Shown here: in pieces, positions 18,806 through 27,973 of the stretch
Position numbering within the stretch: the stretch's first letter is position 1
Layout: each line of letters begins with the position of its first letter
Virus record (IMG/VR): IMGVR_UViG_3300033406_000194
Span: 1 to 47,390 of that record
Strand: one strand, 5' to 3'
DNA from: a virus
Lineage: Duplodnaviria > Caudoviricetes
Length of the DNA stretch: 47,390 nt
The notes under the pieces: model-generated
Seen by the model: the letters and a program-made list of their open reading frames with translations, nothing else
Told to the model about the DNA's origin: nothing
Databases searched by the model: none
Program-made: the position numbers and the translations under genes

Positions 18806-19534
18806 TTACGCGTTGTTGCGGGTCTTAACAACCAACGTTGCAACGCCGTTTGAATCCGCAGTACTGCCCCAGCAACAATTGGTAAGCGCGATTGTATTGC
18901 CGCCAAAGGTCAGAGTGCCAGAACTCGCGGTAGTAGTCGCCGCGGCAGAAATTGTGATGGTGAGCGTGGAGCTATTGATAGCGGTAATAATCGCACCAGT
19001 CGGAATACCTGTTCCAGAAACAGTCATACCAACCGCAAGATTGGACACGCTTGAAACCACGATTGAAGTGCTGGTACTTGTCTGAGTTGTCACGGTTGCG
19101 GTGTAGGTCGTAGCGTCTGCGGCGGCTTCAAACCCGCCCACTGGCTTTGCGGTAGTCCCGTTCGCAATGCGGACATAAGCGGTTCCGTTAATTGCGGGAG
19201 CATTGGTCGCCGTATTGTTCACCTGCACAGATACCGCTCCGCGCTCGATGACTGGAACCGCCTTGTATTGATCGTAAGTACCCATATTCTGTGCCGTGTA
19301 GGTGTTGGCGGACTGAACATGAGCGACGGCAATGCCATGGAAGATGGAAGCTGTCGGCGCAAGCCCGGAGGACCCTACAGCACCTACGCCGGTAGTCAGA
19401 TAAAATACGGGTTCGCCAAATTTCATTGTCGCGTCGCCTTGGTTAGACCAAGCTTTTACAAGCTGATCGCCCATTTCGGCAACGGTTCCTGGGAACCCAT
19501 GGTTGAGATATTTTCCGATTACAGTTCCGGGCAT
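18806..19534 (-). CDS. Capsid decoration/cement protein with inserted beta-rich domain
   Basis: G.PGT, RG.V.V, YVRI...VGGFEA motifs; between protease and capsid genes. Confidence 0.75.
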   Translation of the reverse strand: MPGTVIGKYLNHGFPGTVAEMGDQLVKAWSNQGDATMKFGEPVFYLTTGVGAVGSSGLAPTASIFHGIAVAHVQSANTYTAQNMGTYDQYKAVPVIERGAVSVQVNNTATNAPAINGTAYVRIANGTTAKPVGGFEAAADATTYTATVTTQTSTSTSIVVSSVSNLAVGMTVSGTGIPTGAIITAINSSTLTITISAAATTTASSGTLTFGGNTIALTNCCWGSTADSNGVATLVVKTRNNA

Positions 19535-19536
19535 AA

Positions 19537-20763
19537 TTATTTAGCCTCCTTATGGTGGGGGTTCAGGGCGTTGTACGCGCTCTGCATATCCTCACACTGT
19601 TTCTGGGTTGATACAGCCGCGTCACGAGAAGCGCGTTTCTTCGCCGCTTCCGCGGTGGCGTGGGCGAACTTCTGATATCCTACATTGCTAGTGCCTATGC
19701 CGAATTCTTTTCGGATTGCGGCGGCGGCATCCTTGGCGGCACTCTTATAGGCCACAGGGTCGGGGATATTCTTTTTGAGGATGGTCCTCATTTCCTGCGC
19801 GATTGCACGGGCGGAATCGGTAGCAGATTTGCCGACTTCCTCAGGAGAAACAGTTACTTCGTTCTCCTGATCTTCTGGCTCATCCTCTCCAAACTGGGTT
19901 TCCTTTTCCTCTGAGGGATCTTCTTTTGATCCGATGCCCTCCAGATCGTCGCCCTCGTCCTCGGCAGCTTCTGTGCTCTTCAGGCTCTTTAATTCAGTCA
20001 GAATTGCAGCGAACATTTGCTTGAGATCATCGCCTTCGTCGGTTCCATTGTGCTGTTGCCCTTCTACAGGATTCGGGTCAACTAGGTTTGCTCCCTCATC
20101 TGCGGCAGACAGCTTGGCCAGTTTTTCCATGTCATCCACTGTCATGGAGTCGTCTTTTGCAGCAATCTTAAAGAGTTTTCCGAAAAAACCGCCATCGTGA
20201 GTTTTACTCATTGTTTTGCCCCTTTCTGGTTGTTCGTCATGTATTGCAACGCGGCTTCCTGCGCGGCCTTTTTCGACCACGGCAATATGATTTCCGCGAA
20301 TGCTTCGTTGTTCGAGCGTTCCGTTTTTATTTTGAGAAAGTACATAGGTGTATCCGCAACTGATTTCGCGTTTACCGTTCATCACATCGCCAATCAATTG
20401 CGAATCTGTAATGTACAGGTCCGCAATTGTTTGACCCTGATATTTCCCTGCACCTTTTCTGACGCTTTGGGCATGCCCTCGGCTGAAAGAACCGATGTTG
20501 TCGGGCGTTACGTCTTCCGGCGGATGCCCGTCCGTAATTGGCTTACCCTCAAAAGAAGCAAGGGTGGCATCGTCAAATACCTCGCCCGGTTGCCTCAAGA
20601 TATCAAACTCCCGGTCCATATCCGCGCCGTCTCGTCCTATTTCACAGCCGAGATATTTGTATACCCCGATGCGATTTATAGGCACGTCATGGCAAATTAG
20701 ATATCCTTCGGGCGTTTTTGTGATATTTGGACTGATTTTAGATCCGTAATAAGCAAGTGGCAT
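19537..20763 (-). CDS. Prohead protease/scaffold (DUF2213-like)
   Basis: TPEGYL, SFEGKPITDGHP, REISCGY, NHIAVV.KGRAG motifs; acidic scaffold-like C-terminus. Confidence 0.88.
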   Translation of the reverse strand: MPLAYYGSKISPNITKTPEGYLICHDVPINRIGVYKYLGCEIGRDGADMDREFDILRQPGEVFDDATLASFEGKPITDGHPPEDVTPDNIGSFSRGHAQSVRKGAGKYQGQTIADLYITDSQLIGDVMNGKREISCGYTYVLSQNKNGTLEQRSIRGNHIAVVEKGRAGSRVAIHDEQPERGKTMSKTHDGGFFGKLFKIAAKDDSMTVDDMEKLAKLSAADEGANLVDPNPVEGQQHNGTDEGDDLKQMFAAILTELKSLKSTEAAEDEGDDLEGIGSKEDPSEEKETQFGEDEPEDQENEVTVSPEEVGKSATDSARAIAQEMRTILKKNIPDPVAYKSAAKDAAAAIRKEFGIGTSNVGYQKFAHATAEAAKKRASRDAAVSTQKQCEDMQSAYNALNPHHKEAK

Positions 20764-20979
20764 TTAATCGCCCTCTTCCTGGCAACGTGATAAAATAGCT
20801 GCGTAAATGCGGTCATGGTCGTTTTCGTCATTGGTTATCTCAATGAGCTGCTGCAAATCTTGTTCGGGAGCCATTGATAGCAATTTTAACCCGATTGCAA
20901 TTGCATCGTTTTCCATGGCTTGCGCCTGCTTTAAAACGTCAAAGTAGGTTTCGTTGATTTTTTCCTTTTGTTCCGGCAT
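20764..20979 (-). CDS. Small ferritin-like (two-helix) protein; alternative start at 21090
   Basis: ENDA...EITNDENDH carboxylate/ExxH pattern; GAAGGTG RBS. Confidence 0.55.
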   Translation of the reverse strand: MPEQKEKINETYFDVLKQAQAMENDAIAIGLKLLSMAPEQDLQQLIEITNDENDHDRIYAAILSRCQEEGD

Positions 20980-21086
20980 ATGTGTCACCTTCTTTGCTGG
21001 TGGAATTATGTTGATGCTTGCGTATCCGAATGGCGGTCTATCTCTGCCAATAGATCTACTGCCGAGCAGCGGATATCTATTACGTT

Positions 21087-21929
21087 TCATGCGGCCACCA
21101 CCCCAAACTCCACTTGGAATTCCGTTTTACTCATCGTTCTGATTTGGCCATTTGCATAGACCGCATGTGGCCAAGAAACGTTTTTCCACAGTATGACGGG
21201 TGCAGCATAGCATCGGCAGTTGAAAATATTGCCTGGCCCATAATGCCCATTCCCCTTTTCTCCATTAATCTCTTCTGGGTCAGGCGGATCACTAAACCGG
21301 CACAAAACACCGTCCATCAGTTTGTGTGAATCTCTTACGCGCTGGTCTTTTGAGGTGTGCCAGATGTACCAATCATGCCCGGTGTATTCTGCTCTTGCTT
21401 GCGTCAAAGCTGACATGGTTTTGCTCGTTTCGGTCCGGCTAATAAGTTTTGCGTGGTTGTTGGACATTTCGCAAACCATTTCCTTGAAGTCTGGCGACTT
21501 TTCTGCCTCTCGGCTCCCTTCATATGCTTTTGAATGGATATGCCGCACAAGGTCTTTTGCAACGCCTTCGGGAACGCTTTTGATATATTGTGCGTTCTGA
21601 TCGATTAGCTCCTTCACTTTTTCGCCTATGGGCCCTCGCAATTCGTTTTCTAGTTCCTTTCGGATCATATTGCCTTGCCCCGACATTGCCGCTGCCTGCC
21701 GCCACGTTTTCGCATTTTCCTCGAGGGTATTTGTGACGAAGGTATGGGCCAAGGATTCAGACCATTTTACAATTTCATCAGATTTAGAAGCAGAGTTCAG
21801 CTTTTGAACAACAATATCAAGGCTGTCGCCATCATCAATCAAGGCAGATAAAAACCGCCCTAGTTTCCGTAAGGCGGCCTTGTGTTTACTCTCAATATGT
21901 TTACGGGCCTCCCAAGCGGTGAATTTCAT
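21087..21929 (-). CDS. Minor head protein (SPP1 gp7/Mu F family)
   Basis: LISRTETSK, W.TSKDQRVRDSH, PGNIFNCRC motifs. Confidence 0.9.
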   Translation of the reverse strand: MKFTAWEARKHIESKHKAALRKLGRFLSALIDDGDSLDIVVQKLNSASKSDEIVKWSESLAHTFVTNTLEENAKTWRQAAAMSGQGNMIRKELENELRGPIGEKVKELIDQNAQYIKSVPEGVAKDLVRHIHSKAYEGSREAEKSPDFKEMVCEMSNNHAKLISRTETSKTMSALTQARAEYTGHDWYIWHTSKDQRVRDSHKLMDGVLCRFSDPPDPEEINGEKGNGHYGPGNIFNCRCYAAPVILWKNVSWPHAVYANGQIRTMSKTEFQVEFGVVAA

Positions 21930-23368
21930 TACTCATCATCCTTAGGTGCTTCCTGCGAAAATGGCAGGTCTGGAAAATCTGGTATTTCATCCGCCTTATC
22001 AATGTCGCCATCCGTGATATTTGAGAACATGCCGGTTCCTTCTGACAACGCCCTAAGTTCTTTTAAGGCTATTTTATCGTTTATGATGCCCTCACTGTGC
22101 GCCGCCACAATCGCCGTTACTTTTGAATTGGCGATCTCGGCCTTTTCCTTCTCATCAGGAACACGAACCGGGTTAAAGCCAAAATCTATGTCGTCCGGTA
22201 TCCCACCAAATTCAGACATGCACATAACAGGCAAAAGCTGTTCAATCAACGGTCTGACTTTGTTTTCATTGATACCATCGAGCAAGGTATAATAGTTTTC
22301 AAGGTCCCCGTCTCCGGTGGCATTGAGCCCGTCAGACGAACGCCCAAAAAGGATTGTTATTGGGATTCCGGTCACACTGGACATGTCATACTGGAAGATT
22401 TCAAAAACCTTATCAAGTCCAGAAAAAGAATAAGCTTGGCTTTGGAAGTCATCATTCTCCCCTATCAGCCGAGTGTTGAACGACGACATAATGGCCTGTT
22501 GTGCGTGGAGAGTGTTCCATAGGTTGTTCTGCATCGCTGTAGGGGCCATAGAAAGCATTTGCTCCAGCCCCTCAGTCTTTTGCGTCCAAATGTTTGCCTG
22601 GAACACTAATTGAGCAATATTCCCGATTGTATTGTCATATCGTCGCAGAGAATCAAAGATAGTTTCGATGACGGACGATCCCCAACACTGTTCCACTTGC
22701 CGTTCCCAATATGGCAACTCTTCCCCCGTGAACCGTAGAATTCTACTGTGGTGAACCGTCATATCCGCCGTAGATTCTTCATTTACACGCACTTGGTAAT
22801 ATTCTGGTTCGCCAAATGAAGGGCTACCGATGTCGTCCACCATCTCAAGAGACGGGTAAACGCCAGACCATCGGTCTACTATGTATATGCCTTTAAAGCT
22901 GTCAGGCTCGATTGTATTGAGGTCTAACGGCTCATTGAGCATATCCCCTTGTCCATCAATCATAATCAGGCCTGCCGCGCCGCCATACAGCCGACCCCAC
23001 TTCAACCCTTTTTCAAGGTTCTGTCGCATCTTAGTTCTGCGTTCCAGTCTATGCAGCATGTCGGACTGTTCCGGCGTGATCTGTGAGGTGATCTTGTACC
23101 AATGTGAAAGCGCGTCCTCGACGGGTTTATTGACGATACGTTTTAAAATTCCACTCCCACGATACAACGACAGAAGCAACATGTAGTTTTGGGTTAGGCG
23201 CGTGATCGGGTACTCTGCCGATTCCGTAAGGTTCTCCGCGCCATATCCCAACTTCGCAGGAGGGTTTGCAAATGCGTCCATAGCAATCTGTTGCTTAACT
23301 TCCTGCACGAGCTCGTCCTCCGCAGTTGTCGGTTGTGATACAACTTTATTTACTTGTTTTTTGCCCAT
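21929..23368 (-). CDS. Portal protein (DUF1073-like)
   Basis: W.RLYGG, VHHSRILRF, WG.S, IP.TILFGRS..GLNATGDGD..NYY motifs; follows terL. Confidence 0.9.
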   Translation of the reverse strand: MGKKQVNKVVSQPTTAEDELVQEVKQQIAMDAFANPPAKLGYGAENLTESAEYPITRLTQNYMLLLSLYRGSGILKRIVNKPVEDALSHWYKITSQITPEQSDMLHRLERRTKMRQNLEKGLKWGRLYGGAAGLIMIDGQGDMLNEPLDLNTIEPDSFKGIYIVDRWSGVYPSLEMVDDIGSPSFGEPEYYQVRVNEESTADMTVHHSRILRFTGEELPYWERQVEQCWGSSVIETIFDSLRRYDNTIGNIAQLVFQANIWTQKTEGLEQMLSMAPTAMQNNLWNTLHAQQAIMSSFNTRLIGENDDFQSQAYSFSGLDKVFEIFQYDMSSVTGIPITILFGRSSDGLNATGDGDLENYYTLLDGINENKVRPLIEQLLPVMCMSEFGGIPDDIDFGFNPVRVPDEKEKAEIANSKVTAIVAAHSEGIINDKIALKELRALSEGTGMFSNITDGDIDKADEIPDFPDLPFSQEAPKDDE

Positions 23369-23372
23369 CGTA

Positions 23373-24614
23373 TCACCCCGTTGTCCTGTATTTTTGTACC
23401 GCTGTGCTTACAAAGTACCGTAGTGCATCCATAGTATGGTCCGTTTGCTTTAATGGCTGTTCTTCTCCGCGCTGACGGGCTTTTTCATCCCACACATAGC
23501 TTTTGAATTCTCTGATCGTGTTAATGCACCGTTCATGTACTTTTAGCTTCTTGCGGTACACCAGAGAGGAAACACGCATTATTCCGTCAATGACATCGTT
23601 CTTTCCGTCCCGGACTAAAAATCCATTCCTTCGCAGCTGCTCCTTGAATGCCGCCGCTGACGGGTCAACGATTACCGATGTTAACGGCGGTCTTTCGCTG
23701 AAAAACTCACACATATCAGATGCATATTCATCATTGGTCTTTACCCTGCTTTCTTTTCGTCCATCCCAAAAATACTCTCGGTCAATCCATACCGTGTCGC
23801 CATCATCGTAAATATCGAGGAAAACACACGGGTTTTCGGACCCGTAGTCAACAGAGCAGTATCGAATTGCAAGTGCTTCGAGTTCGAACTTCCTTGTCTC
23901 GTCGCTGTATGTATTCAGGCTGTCAAACGCGGGGTATATGATTCCTTCGGCGGCAACCCATTCCCCCAGCACATACCGACTGTAAAATACGCCCCTGAAG
24001 TCCGCTTTTGCCTTATCAATGGCTTCAGGTGAGAGGCCGGGGTTGTCCGACATTAGAAAGTGCAGGTGTTTTGCGTTGTGCTCTTGAAGCTTCAGTATCC
24101 ACTCCTGGTAAAACCAATGCATTGGGTTCGCCGGGTTGCAGTTAAACCATAGCTTTCGATTTGGAGTTGAAAGCGTTCTTGCGATTGCCTGCTGCACGAA
24201 TGATTCAGGCATTAATGCAACCTCATCAAACAATACCCCGGCAAGGGTAATGCCCTGAATAAGCATGTATGATGATTCGTCCCTGCCGCCAAACACGTAG
24301 AAATAATTTACCCGCCCATTCCGCTTGATTGTCATAAGCGAAGTGGAGCGAGTATAGGAAATGTTATATTTTTTTGTGACGCTTCTAATCTGCTGTAGGG
24401 GTTGAATAATGTTTCTTTCTGCCGCGCTTACAGTCTTTCCACAGATACCGAAACAGGCGCCAGAAAACTCATTCATTGCCCATTCGATATAGGAGGCGAT
24501 CATGTTGACCGTCTTTCCCGTTCTGACCGCTCCGTCACAGATTAATGCATCGTATTTTTCATGTGGAAACATAAATATTTGTGCTTGCTTTGGAGATATA
24601 GTGTCAAATCTCAT
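23373..24614 (-). CDS. terL: Terminase large subunit (PBSX family)
   Basis: DGAVRTGKT Walker A, LFDEVAL Walker B, CNP, DYG, VDPSA and DHTMDALRY nuclease motifs. Confidence 0.95.
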   Translation of the reverse strand: MRFDTISPKQAQIFMFPHEKYDALICDGAVRTGKTVNMIASYIEWAMNEFSGACFGICGKTVSAAERNIIQPLQQIRSVTKKYNISYTRSTSLMTIKRNGRVNYFYVFGGRDESSYMLIQGITLAGVLFDEVALMPESFVQQAIARTLSTPNRKLWFNCNPANPMHWFYQEWILKLQEHNAKHLHFLMSDNPGLSPEAIDKAKADFRGVFYSRYVLGEWVAAEGIIYPAFDSLNTYSDETRKFELEALAIRYCSVDYGSENPCVFLDIYDDGDTVWIDREYFWDGRKESRVKTNDEYASDMCEFFSERPPLTSVIVDPSAAAFKEQLRRNGFLVRDGKNDVIDGIMRVSSLVYRKKLKVHERCINTIREFKSYVWDEKARQRGEEQPLKQTDHTMDALRYFVSTAVQKYRTTG

Positions 24615-25168
24615 TCTATACCACCAAGCCTTTTGACTGCCGTTTCCACAGCGTTATAGAAGTTGTCGTCTTCTTCCTCAGTTTTGTCAACCTCTGAAGA
24701 TGTCTGAATTTCCTTTAAGTCTTTCAGGGCGGCGGTCAGAAGCTTCAACCCCTGCCTATCGATATTTCCTTGCTCGACCTCAACCGTCTCAGTCTCCGTT
24801 ATAACTTCCCTCGTTGGCTTACCGATTGCCGTCTCGTCGTTGTATTCAACTTCTTTGACCTTGACCTTGTTTCGGACGATGTAGGTATCAAGCTGCTCGA
24901 TTGATTCTTCTAGCTTATCGCTCAGTCGGTCAGCAAGGTTGATGATCCTAGTTACGCGGTCAACTTCTTTTTTGATTGTGACAGCGGCTATTTTTTGTGA
25001 CGTTACTGTAACGACTTTGTGACGTTGTGCCGCCTTTTCTTCAGCCCATTTTTCTTTCTTCGCCCGGTCCCTTACAGTAGGGAATGATACTCCATATTTT
25101 TCAGCTAGTTTACGGTAACTGATATCAGTATTGACATATTCGTTTTTCAATGCAATCCAATCAGCCAT
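24611..25168 (-). CDS. terS: Terminase small subunit
   Basis: DW..LKNEY...SYRKLAEKYGVS HTH; overlaps the terL start. Confidence 0.8.
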   Translation of the reverse strand: MADWIALKNEYVNTDISYRKLAEKYGVSFPTVRDRAKKEKWAEEKAAQRHKVVTVTSQKIAAVTIKKEVDRVTRIINLADRLSDKLEESIEQLDTYIVRNKVKVKEVEYNDETAIGKPTREVITETETVEVEQGNIDRQGLKLLTAALKDLKEIQTSSEVDKTEEEDDNFYNAVETAVKRLGGIE

Positions 25169-25250
25169 CGTCACCACCTCTGCTTTTATTTTTTACGCAC
25201 AGCAGCGTCCCGCCCCTCGCCTTATTGCCGTGTTCATGCCCACCGTGTCC

Positions 25251-25455
25251 TAAAGAAAAGACAGCCGCCCCATAGGACGACTGCCAAAAGAAAAGAAGTA
25301 TCATGAACGAATTGCCGCCCCACGGGTTCGAACCGTAGTAAAGCCAACACTTAGCGGCATATAGAGCGCAGTATATCCCCCTGCGCTATGGGTTGAAGGA
25401 GAATCTCATGAGTGGAAAGAGGTGCTATCCATTACTGGATGGTACTATTTTAGCA
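25251..25455 (-). promoter_or_regulatory. Late promoter and structured leader (hairpins, tRNA-like minihelix, terminator)
   Basis: TG-C-TAAAAT at 25447-25455 just after the late regulator; GTAA tetraloop hairpin; AGCGCAG/CTGCGCT hairpin; T-arm TACGG-TTCGAAC-CCGTG; terminator at 25251-25286. Confidence 0.55.
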
Positions 25456-25459
25456 CATT

Positions 25460-25876
25460 TCATACTGGAAAAATATCGATACTTAATGCTCCCAACGCTT
25501 GCCCGTGAAGCTTAAAAACGTTTGACACCTCGTACCCCATCTTAGTTGCAATTACGTCCCATTTATCCCCATTGATATACCTATACCTGAGCAGTGTTTG
25601 AAGGGTAGGATTTCCAACCGTCATAATAAGTTGCTCTATCTCGTGCCGCTTGTCCACTAAAGCGTCAATATCAGTGTTAATTTCGTTGCCCAGTTCAATC
25701 ATCCTGATGTATGTATCCTCTTTGACTGCACATCCGCCCTTTGGCATATCCGACATGGTTGTCGTAACCTTGCAACACAAAGCCTTTAGCCTGGACAATT
25801 CCTCTAACTTTTGATTGAGGCTACCGTCCGCTTCCCTGTATTTTTGCAACTGTTCTTTCTTCTCTTGGTTTGTCAA
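25460..25876 (-). CDS. Late transcriptional activator (RinA/ArpU/DUF1492-like)
   Basis: MSDMPKG, LLRYRYING.KW..IA..MGY...H.QAL; last gene before terS. Confidence 0.85.
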   Translation of the reverse strand: MTNQEKKEQLQKYREADGSLNQKLEELSRLKALCCKVTTTMSDMPKGGCAVKEDTYIRMIELGNEINTDIDALVDKRHEIEQLIMTVGNPTLQTLLRYRYINGDKWDVIATKMGYEVSNVFKLHGQALGALSIDIFPV

Positions 25877-26385
25877 TCAGCACCACCCCTGTAAATAATC
25901 TCCTCACCCTGGTATGGCTGAGACCAGCACACGCGGCAATCTAAACTGCATGTCGGCGGCGTGTCGGCTGCTCCATCAAAATAATCACCTGGACAACGGT
26001 CAACGAAACCATCATCTGGACTCCCGTTTATTTTTGACGGCCATCTCTCCGCCACCACATCGCGGTAGGTCTTAACAGTGGGTTGCGGTTCCTCTTCTGC
26101 CCGCTTACCCGCAATCTCCCCGGCACACGCCGCGTACCCTGCAAGGTCTATGTAATTGTCCTCTTTGGCTTGTCCTGTGGCGATACGAGCGACTTTGAGC
26201 AATGCAAGCATAATAGCCACCTCATCTGGGCTTGGGTCACGGATAATCGTCTCCATACTCGCCCTGAGGTAATCACCCCATAGATGCCCGATCAGCTTAA
26301 AATTATCCTCCGGCGCTCCATACTGCCGCTCCCGGTCAGTGGTGACGCACTGCATTGCACCGTCAAGGATTGATTTTCTGGTCAT
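25873..26385 (-). CDS. DUF6378-like protein
   Basis: DRERQYGAPEDNF..I..LW...LLKVAR...DNYIDLAGYAAC; Cys-rich C-terminus. Confidence 0.75.
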   Translation of the reverse strand: MTRKSILDGAMQCVTTDRERQYGAPEDNFKLIGHLWGDYLRASMETIIRDPSPDEVAIMLALLKVARIATGQAKEDNYIDLAGYAACAGEIAGKRAEEEPQPTVKTYRDVVAERWPSKINGSPDDGFVDRCPGDYFDGAADTPPTCSLDCRVCWSQPYQGEEIIYRGGAD

Positions 26386-26654
26386 ATAGATGCCTCCATT
26401 TTCTTCCGCATAGTTTCCCATGTTTCAAAATCATCTCCGTAAATTGGGTCACCGTCAAATGTTGTCTCTTCCCCATTCAGCTCCGATCGCCAGTATTCCT
26501 CACACACGCGGCAGAATTTTTCGCTGAACACCGTGCCGCCGTCTGCCCATGCCGCAGATACCATTCGGCTTTTTATAGGCATCGTACGACCACACAGCGG
26601 GCACTTGCAAGGTTTGCGGATTGACACCGTATCCCACCTAAGTACTTCGCTCAC
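26382..26654 (-). CDS. Zn-finger hypothetical phage protein
   Basis: RKPCKCPLCG...CRVC; ATGA coupling. Confidence 0.7.
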   Translation of the reverse strand: MSEVLRWDTVSIRKPCKCPLCGRTMPIKSRMVSAAWADGGTVFSEKFCRVCEEYWRSELNGEETTFDGDPIYGDDFETWETMRKKMEASI

Positions 26655-26824
26655 CTCACCCTAACCCTCCTCAAATGATATTCCATCACGTCGTATTCCT
26701 TGCGTTTTTGCGCCCGCCTCACCGCGTCCTGTGTGTCTTTTACAGCCATGTATGCCTTACGCCGAGCGCAGGATGAATGGCAAAACAGACGGCGTTTTGT
26801 GCAGCCGTAGCATGGGTTAGTCAT
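26651..26824 (-). CDS. Small Cys-rich phage protein
   Basis: MTNPCYGCTKR...CHSSC pattern; overlap coupling. Confidence 0.65.
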   Translation of the reverse strand: MTNPCYGCTKRRLFCHSSCARRKAYMAVKDTQDAVRRAQKRKEYDVMEYHLRRVRVR

Positions 26825-27128
26825 GGGTGTCACCATCCATCCGAGCGCCGCAGGATGGACAGTAATCAGTTCCGTGAGTTCCTTTGGCTCTCTTGCCGCA
26901 TGCACTGCACTCTTGCTCATACTTAACCCAATCAAGATCAGGTTCCATATGCTGTATCCACCTCCCATGCACCACAGGCGGTTCGATGGTGGGAGCCTTA
27001 TTGATAATTTGCGGAAAGAAATCATGTAGTCCGTCATTTAAGCCATCACGATAAGATTGGTTCCTTGCTTTCCCGCATGTCATAGGTTCTAATGACTCTT
27101 TCAGCGCATCCGCATCAATCAGTCTCAT
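26817..27128 (-). CDS. Hypothetical phage protein (zinc ribbon)
   Basis: MRLIDADAL...APTI...HGRW...CSACG...YCPSCGARMD family pattern. Confidence 0.8.
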   Translation of the reverse strand: MRLIDADALKESLEPMTCGKARNQSYRDGLNDGLHDFFPQIINKAPTIEPPVVHGRWIQHMEPDLDWVKYEQECSACGKRAKGTHGTDYCPSCGARMDGDTHD

Positions 27129-27295
27129 ACTCTCCCCTCCAACGCAGCTTGGGCGGATTTGTCACGTACCTTTGCCTGCGCGATAAAATCCATTATGGTT
27201 TCCGCATCCTCTCTCACAATCCCAACCTTTATCAAATCATCAACGGTGGCATCATCAGAGAGTACCGCCCCGCCCGAATCTGTATCAATAAACAT
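27125..27295 (-). CDS. Hypothetical protein (56 aa)
   Basis: Fills the gap with TGATG/ATGA coupling and GGAGG RBS. Confidence 0.55.
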   Translation of the reverse strand: MFIDTDSGGAVLSDDATVDDLIKVGIVREDAETIMDFIAQAKVRDKSAQAALEGRV

Positions 27296-27699
27296 CAGCT
27301 ACCCTCCTTCTCTGGCGCTGCACGGCGAGACTTAAAATACTCACCTTCCAAGGTAATCAGCCTGTCTAAGTATTCCTTTGGCATGTAGCGGCTAAAATTA
27401 TCGTCAATCCAGCGGATAAACGCTGCCGCTTTATCGTTCTCCGCCTCCGCTTTTTCGGAGCGGGCGGTTAATAGCGCAAAACTTTCCGCAATTATCGCAA
27501 GAGTCTTTTGTAGCTCCTCAATCTCCACATCCTTGGCGGCAAGCAGGTCGAGCACGGATGTAAGTGCATCGACTGCCACGTCACAAATTAACGGATGGAT
27601 GTCGTGTGATGCGAGGCTTGAACTACCACACCAATAGGTGTATTTACGCAATCTCTCGCACAACTCCCGCGCCTCGTGGATTAGTTTTTCGTTATCCAT
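27295..27699 (-). CDS. Hypothetical phage protein
   Basis: GGAGG RBS; tiles the operon. Confidence 0.65.
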   Translation of the reverse strand: MDNEKLIHEARELCERLRKYTYWCGSSSLASHDIHPLICDVAVDALTSVLDLLAAKDVEIEELQKTLAIIAESFALLTARSEKAEAENDKAAAFIRWIDDNFSRYMPKEYLDRLITLEGEYFKSRRAAPEKEGS

Positions 27700-27973
27700 C
27701 TTTACCCTCCTCAAACAATCGTTTAAGCTCCGTGTAGTAACCGATTTGGCTCTCGTAATACTCCACGACACAAGTTTCGACGTATGCTTTGGAATCTTCC
27801 AGCGTCTCGGTAAACATGTACTCGTTGTAAACGCCCAGCATTTTGCTCGAATAGCACCAGTCGCCGTCATCATCCAAGGATAAAACAGCAATCTGTTCCT
27901 CGTCATGAAACGGGGTAAAATACAAAACGTGATTGCATCCCTCTACTGCCCATCGTTTATTGCTATCTGTCAT
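27692..27973 (-). CDS. Hypothetical phage protein
   Basis: GGAGG RBS; ATGA coupling. Confidence 0.65.
   Translation of the reverse strand: MTDSNKRWAVEGCNHVLYFTPFHDEEQIAVLSLDDDGDWCYSSKMLGVYNEYMFTETLEDSKAYVETCVVEYYESQIGYYTELKRLFEEGKDG

Noticed and set aside
21929-23368. Possible anti-CBASS Acb1 label sometimes attached to DUF1073 proteins
   Set aside because: Size, motifs and position after terL indicate a portal; no phosphoesterase HxT pair recognised
25313-25358. Functional phage tRNA
   Set aside because: Only 46 nt, with no D or anticodon arm; kept only as a tRNA-like element
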